Assembly (NCBI GenBank): GCA_951406725.2
Contig: OX597819.1
Span: 135,284,001-135,348,000 of the forward strand
Direction: 5' to 3'
Source: Octopus vulgaris
Taxonomy: Eukaryota
Length of the DNA stretch: 64,000 nt
Shown: positions 1 to 13,179 of the stretch, piece after piece
How the letters are laid out: each line of letters begins with the position of its first letter
Position numbering within the stretch: position 1 is the stretch's first letter
The notes under the pieces: model-generated
Seen by the model: the letters and a program-made list of their open reading frames with translations, nothing else
Databases searched by the model: none
What the model was told of the DNA's origin: nothing
Position numbers and translations under genes: made by a program

Positions 1-244
1 ACCAAAACACATTAAAACAGAAACTGACCCTATAGGGTTCAAGAAGTCTTTGGACAGATTCCTTCAAGAAATCCCGGATAAACCCCCTACACCCGGATAT
101 GTCTCTGTAAACAATAACTCTCTACTTGAGTGGGCCATAGTGCCCAAATTCTGACTTGAAAGACTTCACCAGGTGGTGCTATTAAGTTAGACATGGCCTG
201 GGCCAATAATGGCCGAAACCTATCAAAGTATCAAAGTATCAAAG

Positions 245-245
<1 letters not shown>
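1..245 (+). mobile_element. 3' end of CR1/L2-group LINE family B (ORF2 C-terminus, 3'UTR, (TATCAAAG)n tail)
   Basis: Nearly identical to 8783-9027; ends in tatcaaag x3 followed by (TA)n. Confidence 0.9.
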
Positions 246-304
<59 letters not shown>

Positions 305-395
305 CATATATATATAGATACACATATATATATATACATATATATATATACATATATACATATATATATATACATATATATATACATATATATAT

Positions 396-483
<88 letters not shown>
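246..483. repeat. (TA)n/(TACA) microsatellite
   Basis: Direct reading; source of the spurious YIYI ORFs. Confidence 0.98.
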
Positions 484-485
<2 letters not shown>

Positions 486-830
486 CAATTAAGGACAACT
501 ACTTAATAAGGAAAACTTAACAAGAAATTGTCAGGTAGATAGCGTAAAAACCTCATAAGAGAAAAAATTTCGAAAATAATTATTTCTTATTGAACATATT
601 AATTTATATATTTAACAATTTCTTGTTAAGTTTTCCTTATTAAGTAGTTGTCCTTAATTGCTAAATTTTTATTCCGAAAAAACTTTTCCTCTCCCGAAAT
701 GCAATTCGTAAAAGTTTGCCATTTGACCGGATGTAATATATGTAAACTCACCCATGTGCTTCGTTGATGTTGAACAGTTAGCTGATCGACTTAAGCGGGG
801 CAGGGTCGTTGTTTATTTATAATGCATTCT

Positions 831-876
831 GGCCTGCTGATGAGTACGTAAGTATGAAATCACTGTGATACAGGTC
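831..876 (+). ncRNA. Type I hammerhead ribozyme, unit 1
   Basis: ggcctg-CTGATGA-gtac(gtaa)gtat-GAAA-tcactgtga-TA-caggtc: 6-bp stem I, GNRA-capped stem II, quasi-palindromic stem III; predicted cut after A870. Confidence 0.88.
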
Positions 877-1314
877 TATATTTTTTTTAAATGTCTTACT
901 TTGAAAAATTGCATTCGGTGGGATTAGTAATATTTTTGGTAGAAATGACTAATTGTCCCTCTTAGCGTTTGGCATGTATATATATAATGCCTTCTGGCAT
1001 GTATGTATAATGCCCTCTATATATAAATTAATATGTTCAATAAGAAATAATTATTTTCGAAATTTTTTCTCTTATGAGGTTTTTACGCTATCTACCTGAC
1101 AATTTCTTGTTAAGTTTTCCTTATTAAGTAGTTGTCCTTAATTGCTAAATTTTTATTCCGAAAAAACTTTTCCTCTCCCGAAATGCAATTCGTAAAAGTT
1201 TGCCATTTGACCGGATGTAATATATGTAAACTCACCCATGTGCTTCGTTGATGTTGAACAGTTAGCTGATCGACTTAAGCGGGGCAGGTTCGTTGTTTAT
1301 TTATAATGCATTCT

Positions 1315-1360
1315 GGCCTGCTGATGAGTACGTAAGTATGAAATCACTGTGATACAGGTC
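1315..1360 (+). ncRNA. Type I hammerhead ribozyme, unit 2
   Basis: Identical to 831-876, offset by 484 nt. Confidence 0.88.
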
Positions 1361-1798
1361 TATATTTTTTTTAAATGTCTTACTTTGAAAAATTGCATTC
1401 GGTGGGATTAGTAATATTTTTGGTAGAAATGACTAATTGTCCCTCTTAGCGTTTGGCATGTATATATATAATGCCTTCTGGCATGTATGTATAATGCCCT
1501 CTATATATAAATTAATATGTTCAATAAGAAATAATTATTTTCGAAATTTTTTCTCTTATGAGGTTTTTACGCTATCTACCTGACAATTTCTTGTTAAGTT
1601 TTCCTTATTAAGTAGTTGTCCTTAATTGCTAAATTTTTATTCCGAAAAAACTTTTCCTCTCCCGAAATGCAATTCGTAAAAGTTTGCCATTTGACCGGAT
1701 GTAATATATGTAAACTCACCCATGTGCTTCGTTGATGTTGAACAGTTAGCTGATCGACTTAAGCGGGGCAGGGTCGTTGTTTATTTATAATGCATTCT

Positions 1799-1844
1799 GG
1801 CCTGCTGATGAGTACGTAAGTATGAAATCACTGTGATACAGGTC
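1799..1844 (+). ncRNA. Type I hammerhead ribozyme, unit 3
   Basis: Identical to 831-876, offset by 968 nt. Confidence 0.88.
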
Positions 1845-2005
1845 TATATTTTTTTTAAATGTCTTACTTTGAAAAATTGCATTCGGTGGGATTAGTAATA
1901 TTTTTGGTAGAAATGACTAATTGTCCCTCTTAGCGTTTGGCATGTATATATATAATGCCTTCTGGCATGTATGTATAATGCCCTCTATATATAAATTATA
2001 TATAT

Positions 2006-2047
<42 letters not shown>

Positions 2048-2256
2048 TATTTATATATACATATATATATATACATATATATGTGCGTATGTGCGTTTCT
2101 TGACTAACTAACCGTAAAATTTCTTTTGTGATTCAAATTTTAAACTATAAGCCAATCGAATTAATCTAGAATAATCAATATTAAGCGGACAGAATAACCA
2201 GACTCTTAGATATGTCGATATCCGATGGATGTACTTGGTGCAGACATAAATGTATC

Positions 2257-2329
<73 letters not shown>

Positions 2330-2650
2330 ATTAATAGTAATTCTTATTGACTTTTACAGGTTTATAATTTTATGAACTGAAATGTGGTTTTTATTATTAT
2401 TTTTCATGTATAGGTCTGATTTTAATTTAAATGTGAGTGTGCATATATTTTCCTGTGTGTTAACTTTTAGAACTATTAGCTCAATATGTAGAATAACTGT
2501 GCTTACTAATATATATTGATATATATTTTGTTTTATTTTGTTTTGTTTATCTTGTATCATTGTATTAATGAATATATATATATATATATATATGTGTAGT
2601 ATTATGGTGTCTATGCACACGTTTTTATATTTTACATTTTTATATTTATA

Positions 2651-5600
2651 TGATTGATTGATTGATTGATTCTAGTTTCAGCTAATGAGCTGTGGCCATG
2701 CTGGGGCACCGCCATTTGGTGTTGCTACTTTGTTTTACTTCACGAAAGCTTTTTAGCAACTGCCATTTGGTGCATGAGAGAGTTCGATGCAGCTGCCCTC
2801 ATCTGCACCTCCTGCCGTGAAGTTGGTTCATCTGGGACACCTGACAGGAAGAGATCCAGTTCCATTTTAAAGACATCTGCATCCACCCCATGCAGGTCTC
2901 TCAGGTTCTTCGGGAGGATATTGAAGAGCTGTGGGCCACGGAAGCCCAGGCTATCACAGTATCTTGTCCTACATCTTGATGGCAAATTTGGAGTCCTAGG
3001 CACCACGCAGTGGCGCCCAGTTCTGGCATTTGTGTAACTCTCGATGCCAAAGTTTGGGACACGTCCCTCCAGGATCTTCCAGATGTATATTATGGCATAT
3101 CTTTCCCGCCTACGCTCCAAGGAATATAGTTTTAATCTCTTGAGTCTTTCCCAGTAGCTTACATTCTGCATAGAGGCTATCTTCTTCGTGTAGCTACGCT
3201 GGATCGCCTCGAGCTCTGTGATCAACTTGACACTGGATGGTGACCATAACTGAGAGCAATAGTCAAAGTGGCTTAGGACAAGTGTCCTCCAGAGGACCAT
3301 CATGGTTTCTTGTTCTCTTGTTCTAAAGGTTCTGAGAATCCATCCGGCCAGTCGTCTACATTTCATTGCCAATTTAGCAACATGAACACGAAAGGTTGCG
3401 TCATCGCTCATGTAAATACCCAGGTCACGCACTGATTGTGCCTCTGGGATTGCTATTACTCCGGGTCCAGTGTATTCATTGGGTATTGCATTTAGTTTTG
3501 CATGCTGATAGTATAAAGCTTGAAACTTTTCAGCATTGAACTGCATGCTATTCTTTTCAGCCCACTTGTATATTTCGTCTAGCTCACATTGCAGGTGCTT
3601 AGTGTCTTCAGGGTTCTGTATTGCCTGTGAAACTTTTGTATCATCTGCATAACTTGTGATCGTGGCTCTCTGCGTGTCTGAGGGCATGTCTGAGAGGGCT
3701 ATTATGAACAGTAGTGGTCCCAAAACAGTGCCCTGCGGAACACCGCTCACTATTTGTGTGTTAATGGAAGTGGCCCCATTGGCTGCTACCACCTGACTTC
3801 TATTCTTCAGAAAGTCATGAAGCCATTCTCCCAATTTTCCAACTATGCCAAGATCACGCAGTTTGTGACATATCATTCCATGATCGACTTTATCAAAGGC
3901 CTTTGCAAAGTCGAGATATATGACTTCCACATTTGAGTGGTTGAGCAGTTGTTTCAGCACCCAGTCATAGTGTTGTAGGAGCTGAGTTAAACAGCTTCTT
4001 CCTGGTCGGAAACCATGTTGGGTGTCAGGCAGCAAGTCATTTTCTTCAAGGAAGGTGATTAGTTTCCTTCTGAATATTCGTTCCATGACCTTGCTGATGT
4101 GTGAGGTGAGAGAGATAGGTCTGTATTTCTTGGCCTCTGCTCTGCTACCACCTTTATGAATAGGGCATATTTTACCTTCCTTCAGTTGTTTTGGAAGTTT
4201 GCCAGCTGCTAGGAAGCTCTGAAAGAGGATCTGCGGTGGTCTTGCTAGGACTCTCTTACATACTTTTAGGAGGATTGCCGGGAATCCATCGAGGCCAATA
4301 GCTGATTCTGTTTTCATTTCATCTATGGCCTTTATTACATCGTCTTCCTTTATATCGATGTAATTTATCGTCGCCGCCTCTGATTTTATATCTGCAGTGG
4401 TAAAGAAGTCAGTTGGATTGGTGATTTGGAAATGCCCGAGGGGTGGAGTGAAAACACTCTTGAATTGCTCATTCAGTATTTCACTTACCCTCATTGGTTT
4501 TCCTGTGAGTGTGCCATCCTCTTCAATGAGTGGCCCTATCCTACAGTGCACCGTAGCTGTTTCTTTGGAATACCTGTAGAAAGCTCTGGGGTTAGATTTT
4601 ATGTTGTCTATAGCCCAGGCTTCTTTGTCTGGTCTTTCCTTTTCATGGGAGAGTTGCAGACATTTTTCAATTTCCAACAGTTTTATTTTTAGGCGGGACT
4701 TTTCACTGCTTTCAATCTGTTTGTTTAGGCTATTTGAAATTTTTGTACGCCGTCTCATTAAGATTTTCCTCTCTCTGGGGATTTTGTTCTTGTGTACAGT
4801 GGCCTTTCTCTCTGGGACACATTTGTAGCATATGGCTTGCGTTACAGACATGAATTGTTGAAGTTTCACGTCGATGTCTGGCGAGGAGAGACATTTAGGC
4901 CAGTTTTGTTTGAGGGTCTCTTTCTCAATTTGTTTCCAGTTTGCCTTATGGTAGTTCAAGCTGGAAAGATTCTGAGGTTTCTTGTAGGCTGCATGTCCGT
5001 GCTCTCTTTTGGCCCGTACATGGTCAGCTCTACCATGTTGTGATCCGAGAGTAGTGTCGGTGTCACTTTCACATTATGGATGAGATCCATATTATTTGTG
5101 AAGCAGAGATCCAGTGTGTTACCTGCCCTGGTTGGTTGGAGTATTACTTGCTCCATGTACAGGGTGTTGATGAGGTTCAGGAGGGACCTCGCCTGTCCTC
5201 ATTCACATCTTGTCATTCCTGGGAGAGAAAGGCCCTCGGGCCATCTGACATTGGGTAGATTGAAGTCTCCCATTAGAAGTACACTTATGTGTTCTAATGT
5301 GATTAGAACTTCTATTTTTATAAGGCAGTCTTCAAACTTGCCCATATGGCTTGGGGCATCTGGAGGGCGATATGTAGCACACACAACTACATCAAGTTGC
5401 CTTATATGTACAATTAGTGTGTCACACACCGAGTTTGAGTATGACAAGAGGACCTGGGGTGTGAGGTCCTCACGGATGTACATAGCTACTCCTCCATGAC
5501 TCCTTTCTTTTCTGTCGGTCCGTAGTACAACATACTGTGGTATGTGTAACTCCGCATCTGCTATATCCGGTTTCAGGTGCGTTTCTGTAAGTGCTATGCA

Positions 5601-6187
5601 TAAGGCTTGATTGCATGCAACAAAGTCTCTCAAGAACGGGATCTTTGTCCTGTTACTGAGTGTTTGCAGCCCTCTGATGTTCAGTAGGAGCATCGAGGTG
5701 AGGTGTATGTTGTTGCCGGCGGTGTCCATCCTGGGTATGTTTGCTGTGGTGGTCTTGTATATAGTGGGTAGTCCCACCTGCGGGCTTGGGTTTGATGAAG
5801 CCAGGTCAGCTGCTGTACAATCTTTTGTGCCATGCACAAAAAGATTGCTGCTCAGCAAGCTGCCCTTTCAACAACATCATGTTTGCAGTTTGTGGCACGC
5901 ACAACATCTGCGTACCTCCGCTTTGGGGCAGGTGGTGCGTGGACCTTCCCTTTTCCTTGTGTTGATGGCTTGTCCATCTGCCTCGTGTCTCTGCGGCAGG
6001 GTCCCCGATGTGCAAAGCGGCAGCCTGCACCTTCCTTTCCATGCCAGCAGGTACCTCTCAGGTAGAACCTACACACCCGTGTGCGCTGCTTGTTTCCATC
6101 CTTTGCGGTTCCACTTCCATTCCTGGTTGTTTCACCCTTTGATCCTGCTTGAGCTTTTCCTTTAGCTCTTTCAGTCCTTCCTTTATA
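2651..6187 (-). mobile_element. CR1/L2-group LINE family A, 5'-truncated and frameshifted copy
   Basis: ORF1 CCCH remnant (5852-6187), APE pieces (5199-5858, 4956-5156), 739-aa RT ORF 2740-4959 with YLDFAKAFD, GVPQG and YADD; (AATC)n tail. Confidence 0.93.
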
Positions 6188-6222
6188 TGAAAAAAATTTT
6201 TTCACAATTATAATTTATTAAA

Positions 6223-6335
6223 TTCTCTGAAGAGGCCGTGGGGCATCCTTGTTAATGTCTCATTTATACCTGCCTTATATGGCTTATAGGTTAAATGAGG
6301 CATGATTGCCCTTACTGCCGAAACAGCTGTCAGAT
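6223..6335 (+). ncRNA. Type I hammerhead ribozyme with long stem II
   Basis: ttct-CTGAAGA-ggc...(atgtctcattta/taaatgaggcat hairpin)...gcc-GAAA-cagctg-TC-aga; palindromic stem III, GUC site, short stem I. Confidence 0.75.
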
Positions 6336-6520
6336 ATGATATAATTACATATTATATTTTATATTTTATATTTCTATTTCCTTGTCTAATTATATTTACA
6401 ATATATTTTGTATAATGCCTTTACTGTTATGTAATGGTGTAATAAAGTATTGATTGGGTATCATCTGATGGTTGATGTTTGATTGATTTAAGTATGTTTC
6501 TCCATTTTCTAATTTTGTAG

Positions 6521-6564
<44 letters not shown>

Positions 6565-6663
6565 CATATATATACATATATATATATATATACATATATA
6601 CACATATATACATATATATACATATATATATATACATATATATATATACATATATATATATAC

Positions 6664-6712
<49 letters not shown>

Positions 6713-6727
6713 CATATATATATATAC

Positions 6728-6864
<137 letters not shown>

Positions 6865-6869
6865 CACAG

Positions 6870-9027
6870 ACATATGTGCAAAACACTCCCCACCAAGACC
6901 TGTGAACAAAAAGTGCAGAATCCCCCAAAACAGAAAAACCATTATCAGAAAAATAAAAAGAACAAACAAAAAAATTAACAAACTAAAGTACTGCCAACAG
7001 CAACACACACATTCGACGGCTATCGCACTGCTTGAATCCAAAAAATATAACCTCCAACAATGCATGAAGACCCTCATCAATAACCAAAGATCAGCTGAGG
7101 CGAAGTGGGCCATTGAAAAAATCAAACTCAACCCCAAAGTGTTCTTTTCATTTGCGAGGAAACGCAGGGTCACTGTCTCCATTGTTGGCCCTCTAATTGA
7201 TGAAACTGGCACTCTCCAAGATAATGCCAAATCCATGGCCGAGATACTGCAGAAACAATACTGCTCTGTTTTCAGCAATCCTGATATGGCCGATCTGGGC
7301 TGTATCAGTGATGTCAACCCCCAACACACTATATCGGACATAACGTTTAGTGCCCCTGATGTCTTAGCGGCGATAAACGAAATAAAACACAATTCAGCAG
7401 TAGGCCCCGATAGGTTCCCTGCTTGTGTCCTGAAGGTGTGTCGACACCAACTTGCATCTCCCCTTGCTAATCTGTGGAGAAACTCACTGGATGCTGGCTA
7501 TATTCCAAAAAACCTTCTGTCCCAGTCTGTTGTCCCAGTTTTCAAAAAGGGAAACAAGTCCCTTGCAGTGAACTACCGTCCGATCTCACTCACCTCTCAT
7601 ATCATCAAGGTATTTGAGAGGGTGGTGAGATCTCGAATAACCCAATTTCTGGAAAGCAACAGACGGCTGATCTCTAACCAACATGGGTTCCGTAATGGAA
7701 GGGACTGCCTAACGCAGCTCCTGCATCACTTTGATGACATTTTGAGAGCTTTGGGAGAGGGCTCCAACACCGATGTCATCTACCTTGATTTCAGTAAGGC
7801 CTTCGACAGGGTCGATCACAAGATCCTGTTGAAAAAACTATCCAACATTAGTGTCTCTGGAAAGTTACTGAAATGGATCAAGTGTTTCCTGACGGACAGA
7901 TCTCAACATGTTGTAGTTGAAGGGGTAAAATCAAGCCCAGCCAAAGTCAGTAGTGGCGTTCCGCAAGGCACTGTGCTGGGCCCACTTCTTTTCATCATTT
8001 ACATTAATGACATTAATGACATCATCAAGCACAGCAACATAAAAATCTTTGCAGATGACTCCAAGCTCCAGAAGGTCATAAATGAGGTGAGTGACCGGAC
8101 ATGCCTTCAGTCAGATCTACTGGCTGTTATCCAATGGGCAGAAAAAAACAATATGCTGCTGAACGAGGATAAATTTGAGTTAATCCACTTTGGAAACGAG
8201 GATGCCCTGAAACTCCCATACTCCCTTCCTTCAGGTGAAACTCTCGCGGCGTCCAACAATATCAGAGACTTGGGAGTAATTGTTGACAACAACATAAGCT
8301 GGGCCACTCATATAAACACCAAAGTTGACATGGCCCGCAGAATGTGTTCCTGGATTCTCAGAACTTTCCAGTCGAGAGATATCCACACCATTATCCTTCT
8401 CTTCTCCACTTTTGCCCCACCCCACCTTGAATACTGTTGTCCACTGTGGTCTCCCCACACAATAAAAGGTATCATAAAAGTTGAAGCACCTCAAAGGGCA
8501 ATCACAAAAAAGATAGATGGCATGACAGGCCTCGACTATTGGGGTCGACTAGAAAAGCTAAAACTTTATTCTCTCCAACGTCGTCGTGAGCGCTACATCA
8601 TCTGCATGATGTGGAAAATATTCCATCAGCATTGCCCAAATGATGTTGGCATCACCTTTAAGGTACATCCAAGGCTTGGGCCCCGTGCCATCCGCCCAAA
8701 ACAAAAATCGCACTCTCATCTCATAACAACAATACGGCACAATTATTTCACCTCAATTGGCCCCGCTCTCTTTAACATTACACCAAAACACATTAAAACA
8801 GAAACTGACCCTATAGGGTTCAAGAAGTCTTTGGACAGATTCCTTCAAGAAATCCCGGATAAACCACCTACACCCGGATATGTCTCTGTAAACAATAACT
8901 CTCTACTTGAGTGGGCCATAGTGCCCAAATTCTGACTTGAAAGAGACATCACCAGGTGGTGCTATTAAGTTAGACATGGCCTGGGCCAATAATGGCCGAA
9001 ACCTATCAAAGTATCAAAGTATCAAAG
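6870..9027 (+). mobile_element. CR1/L2-group LINE family B, 5'-truncated, inserted in (TA)n
   Basis: RT ORF plus 3'UTR and (TATCAAAG)n tail; (TA)n on both sides. Confidence 0.93.
6902..8935 (+). CDS. LINE ORF2 reverse transcriptase (677 aa, APE domain missing through truncation)
   Basis: [28 protein letters not shown] and RDLG motifs. Confidence 0.9.
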   Translation: MNKKCRIPQNRKTIIRKIKRTNKKINKLKYCQQQHTHSTAIALLESKKYNLQQCMKTLINNQRSAEAKWAIEKIKLNPKVFFSFARKRRVTVSIVGPLIDETGTLQDNAKSMAEILQKQYCSVFSNPDMADLGCISDVNPQHTISDITFSAPDVLAAINEIKHNSAVGPDRFPACVLKVCRHQLASPLANLWRNSLDAGYIPKNLLSQSVVPVFKKGNKSLAVNYRPISLTSHIIKVFERVVRSRITQFLESNRRLISNQHGFRNGRDCLTQLLHHFDDILRALGEGSNTDVIYLDFSKAFDRVDHKILLKKLSNISVSGKLLKWIKCFLTDRSQHVVVEGVKSSPAKVSSGVPQGTVLGPLLFIIYINDINDIIKHSNIKIFADDSKLQKVINEVSDRTCLQSDLLAVIQWAEKNNMLLNEDKFELIHFGNEDALKLPYSLPSGETLAASNNIRDLGVIVDNNISWATHINTKVDMARRMCSWILRTFQSRDIHTIILLFSTFAPPHLEYCCPLWSPHTIKGIIKVEAPQRAITKKIDGMTGLDYWGRLEKLKLYSLQRRRERYIICMMWKIFHQHCPNDVGITFKVHPRLGPRAIRPKQKSHSHLITTIRHNYFTSIGPALFNITPKHIKTETDPIGFKKSLDRFLQEIPDKPPTPGYVSVNNNSLLEWAIVPKF

Positions 9028-9029
9028 TG

Positions 9030-9061
<32 letters not shown>

Positions 9062-9064
9062 CAC

Positions 9065-9095
<31 letters not shown>

Positions 9096-9109
9096 CATAT
9101 ATATATATG

Positions 9110-9141
<32 letters not shown>

Positions 9142-9145
<4 letters not shown>

Positions 9146-12100
9146 AGGATGGAAACAAGCAGCGCACACGGGTATGTAGGTTCTACCTAAGAGGTGCCTG
9201 CCGGCATGGAGAGGAAGGTGCAGGCTGCCGTTTTGCACATCCGGGACCCTGCCGCAGAAACCAACCACCGAAAGGAAAAGGGATGGACCACGCACCACCT
9301 GCCCCAAAACGGAGGTACGCAGATGTGGTGCGTGCCACAAACCACCAACGTGTTGTTGAAAGGGCAGCTGCTGAGCAAGAATCTTTTTTGTGCATGGCAC
9401 AAAAGATTGTACAGCAGCTAACCTGGCTCCATCAAACTCAAGCTCGCAGATGGGACTACCCACAGTTCACCAGACCGCCACAGCAGATGGTCCCAGGGTG
9501 GACACCACCGGCGACAGCATACACCTCACCTCGATGCTCCTACTGAACATCAGAGGACTACTAACACACAGTAACAGGACAAAAGTCCCGTTCTTGAGAG
9601 ACTTTGTTGCATGCAATCAAGCCTTATGCATAGCACTTACGGAAACACACCTGAAACCGGACATAGCGGATGCGGAAGTACACATACCACAGTATGTTGT
9701 ACTACGGACCGACAGAAAAGAAAGGAGTCATGGAGGAGTTGCTGTGTACATCCGTGAGGACCTCACACCCCAGGTCCTTTTGTCATACTCAAACTCGGTG
9801 TGTGACACACTAATTGTACATGTAAGGCAACTTGGTGTAGTTGTGTGTGCTACATATCGCCCTCCAGATGCCCCAAGCCATATGGGCAAGTTTGAAGACT
9901 GCCTTATAAAAATAGAAGTTCTAGTCACACTAGAACAGCACATAAGTGTACTTCTCATGGGAGACTTCAACCTGCCCAATGTCAGATGGCCCGAGGGCCT
10001 TTCTCTCCCAGGAATGACACGATGTGAACGGGGACAGGCGAGGTCCCTCCTGAACCTCATCAACACCCTGTACATGGAGCAAGTAATACTCCAACCAACC
10101 AGGGCAGGTAACACACTGGACCTCTGCTTCACAAATAATATGAATCTCATCCATAATGTGAAAGTGACACCGACACTACTCTCGGATCACAACATGGTAG
10201 AGCTATGTACGGGCCAAAGGAAAGCATGGACATGCAGCCTACAAGAAACTCTCAGAATCTTTCCAGCTTGAACTTCAATAAGGCAAACTGGAAACAAATT
10301 GAGAAAGAGATCCTCAAACAAAACTGGCCTGAATGTCTCTATCGCCGGACATCGACATGAAAACTTCAACAATTCATGTATGTAATGCAAGCCATATGCT
10401 ACAAATGTGTCCCAGAGAGAAAGGCCACTATACACAAGAACAAAATCCCCAGAGAGAGGAAAATTCTAATGAGACGACGTACAAAAATTTCAAATCGCCT
10501 AAACAAACAAATTGAAAGCAGTGAAAAGTCCCGCCTGAAAATAAAACTGTTGGAAATTGAAAAATGTCTGCAACTCTCCCATGAAAAGGAAAGAGCAGAT
10601 AAAGAAGCCTGGGCTATAGACAACATAAAACTAACCCCAGAGCTTTCTACAGGTATGCCAAAGAAACAGCTACGGTGCACTGTAGGATAGGGCCACTCCT
10701 TGAAAAGGATGGCACACTCACAGGAAAACCAATGAGGGTAAGTGAAATACTGAATGAGCAATTCAAGAGTGTTTTCACTCCACCCCTCGGGCATTTCCAA
10801 ATCACCAATCCAACTGACTTCTTTACCACTGCAGATATAAAATCAGAGGCGGCGACGATAAATTACATCGATATAAAGGAAGACGATGTAATAAAGGCTA
10901 TAGATGAAATGAAAACAGACTCAGCTATTGGCCCCGACTGATTCCCGGCAATCCTCCTAAAAGTATGTAAGAGAGTCCTAGCAAGACCACTGCAGTTCCT
11001 CTTTCAGAGCTTCCTTGCAGCTGGCAAACTTCCAAGAAAACTGAAGGAAGGTAAAATATGCCCTATTCATAAAGGAGGTAGCAGAGCGGAGGCCAAGAAC
11101 TACAGACCTATCTCTCTCACCTCACACATCAGCAAGGTCATGGAACGAATAGTCAGAAGGAAACTAATCACCTTCCTTGAAGAAAATGACTTGCTGCCTG
11201 ACACCCAACATGGTTCCCGACCAGGAAGAAGCTGCTTAACTCAGCTCCTACAACACTATGACTGGGTGCTGAAACCGCTGCTCAACCACTCAAATGTGGA
11301 AGTCATATATCTCGACTTTGCAAAGGCCTTTGATAAAGTCGATCATGGAATGATATGTCACAAACTGCGTGATCTTGGCATAGTTGGAAAACTGGGAGAA
11401 TGGCTTCATGGCTTTCTGAAGAATAGAAGTCAGGTGGTAGCAGCCAATGGGGCCACTTCCATTAACACGCAAATAGTGAGCGGTGTTCCGCAGGGCAGTG
11501 TTTTGGGACCACTACTGTTCATAATGGCCCTCTCAGACATGCCCTTAGCCACGCAGAGAGCCACGATCACAAGTTATGCAGATGATACAAAAGTTTCACA
11601 GGCAATACAGAACCCTGAAGACACGAAGCACCTGCAATGTGAGCTGGACGAAATATACAAGTGGGCTGAAAAGAATAGTATGCAGTTCAATGCTGAAAAG
11701 TTTCAAGCTTTATACTATCAGCATGCAAAACTGAATCCAATACCCAATGAATACACTGGACCCGGAGGGATTGCAATCCCAGAGGCACAATCAGTGCGTA
11801 ACCTGGGTATTCACATGAGTGATGACGCGACCTTTCATGTACATGTTGCTAAACTGACAATGAAATGTAGACGGCTGGCTGGATGGATTCTTAGAACTTT
11901 TAGAACAAGAGAACAAGAAACCATGATGGCCCTCTGGAAAACACCTGTCCTAAGCCCTGGAGCGTAGGCGAGAAAGATATGCCATAATATATATCTGGAA
12001 GATCCTGGAAGGTCTTGTCCCAAACTTTGGCATCGAGAGTCACACAAATGCCAGAACCGGACGCCACTGCGTAGTACCAAGGACTCCAAATTTGCCATCA

Positions 12101-12426
12101 AGATGTAGGACAAGATATTGTGATAGCCTGGGCTTCAGAGGCCCACAGCTCTTCAATATCCCCCCGAAGAACCTGAGGGACCTGCATGGTGTAGATGCGG
12201 ATGTTTTTAAAGTAGGACTGGATCTCTTCCTGTCAGGTGTCCCGGATGAACCAACTTCACGGCAGGAGGTGCAGATGAGGGCAGCTGCATCGAACTCTCT
12301 CATGCATCAGATGGCGTTTGCTAAAAAGCATCCGTGAGGTAAAATCGTGTAGCAAACCAAATGGCGGTGCCCCAGCATGGCCACAGCTCATTAGCTGAAA
12401 CTGGAAAAATCAAAATCAAAATCAAA
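9142..12426 (+). mobile_element. LINE family A, 5'-truncated defective copy
   Basis: High identity to 49683-53115; frameshifts near 10205-10630, stop at 10939, about 150-bp internal deletion at about 11957; (AAAATC)n tail. Confidence 0.93.
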
Positions 12427-12437
12427 TCATACATACT

Positions 12438-12842
<405 letters not shown>

Positions 12843-12932
12843 TGTTATATTTCGGAATGATCATATTGCCAGTTTAGCCAATAAATATTTAAACGTATAT
12901 ATATATATATATATATATGCATATATATACAC

Positions 12933-12987
<55 letters not shown>

Positions 12988-13036
12988 TATATATACATAC
13001 ATATATATATGTATATAGACACCCACATATATACAT

Positions 13037-13080
<44 letters not shown>

Positions 13081-13179
13081 CAAAATACAAGATGGGCCAA
13101 GAACGCAAAACATCCGGACAACTAGGCTTATATATATATATACATACGTATGTACGTATGTATGTATGTATGTGTTTGT

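Larger units (their letters stand above)
484..1998 (+). mobile_element. Tandem array of about 2.9 x 484-bp hammerhead-containing units with an inverted 5' segment (retrozyme / non-autonomous Penelope pLTR-like)
   Basis: Units start at 615, 1099 and 1583 and are almost identical; 484-610 is the reverse complement of about 1020-1143; flanked by (TA)n on both sides; each unit holds an HHR. Confidence 0.85.

Noticed and set aside
193-520. YIYIYI-type ORFs here and throughout the window
   Set aside because: Translations of (TA)n microsatellites, which lack stop codons.
3754-6165. ORFs antisense to the LINE (also 9728-10800 and 50266-52995)
   Set aside because: They recur only because the LINE copies are near-identical; no domain signal.
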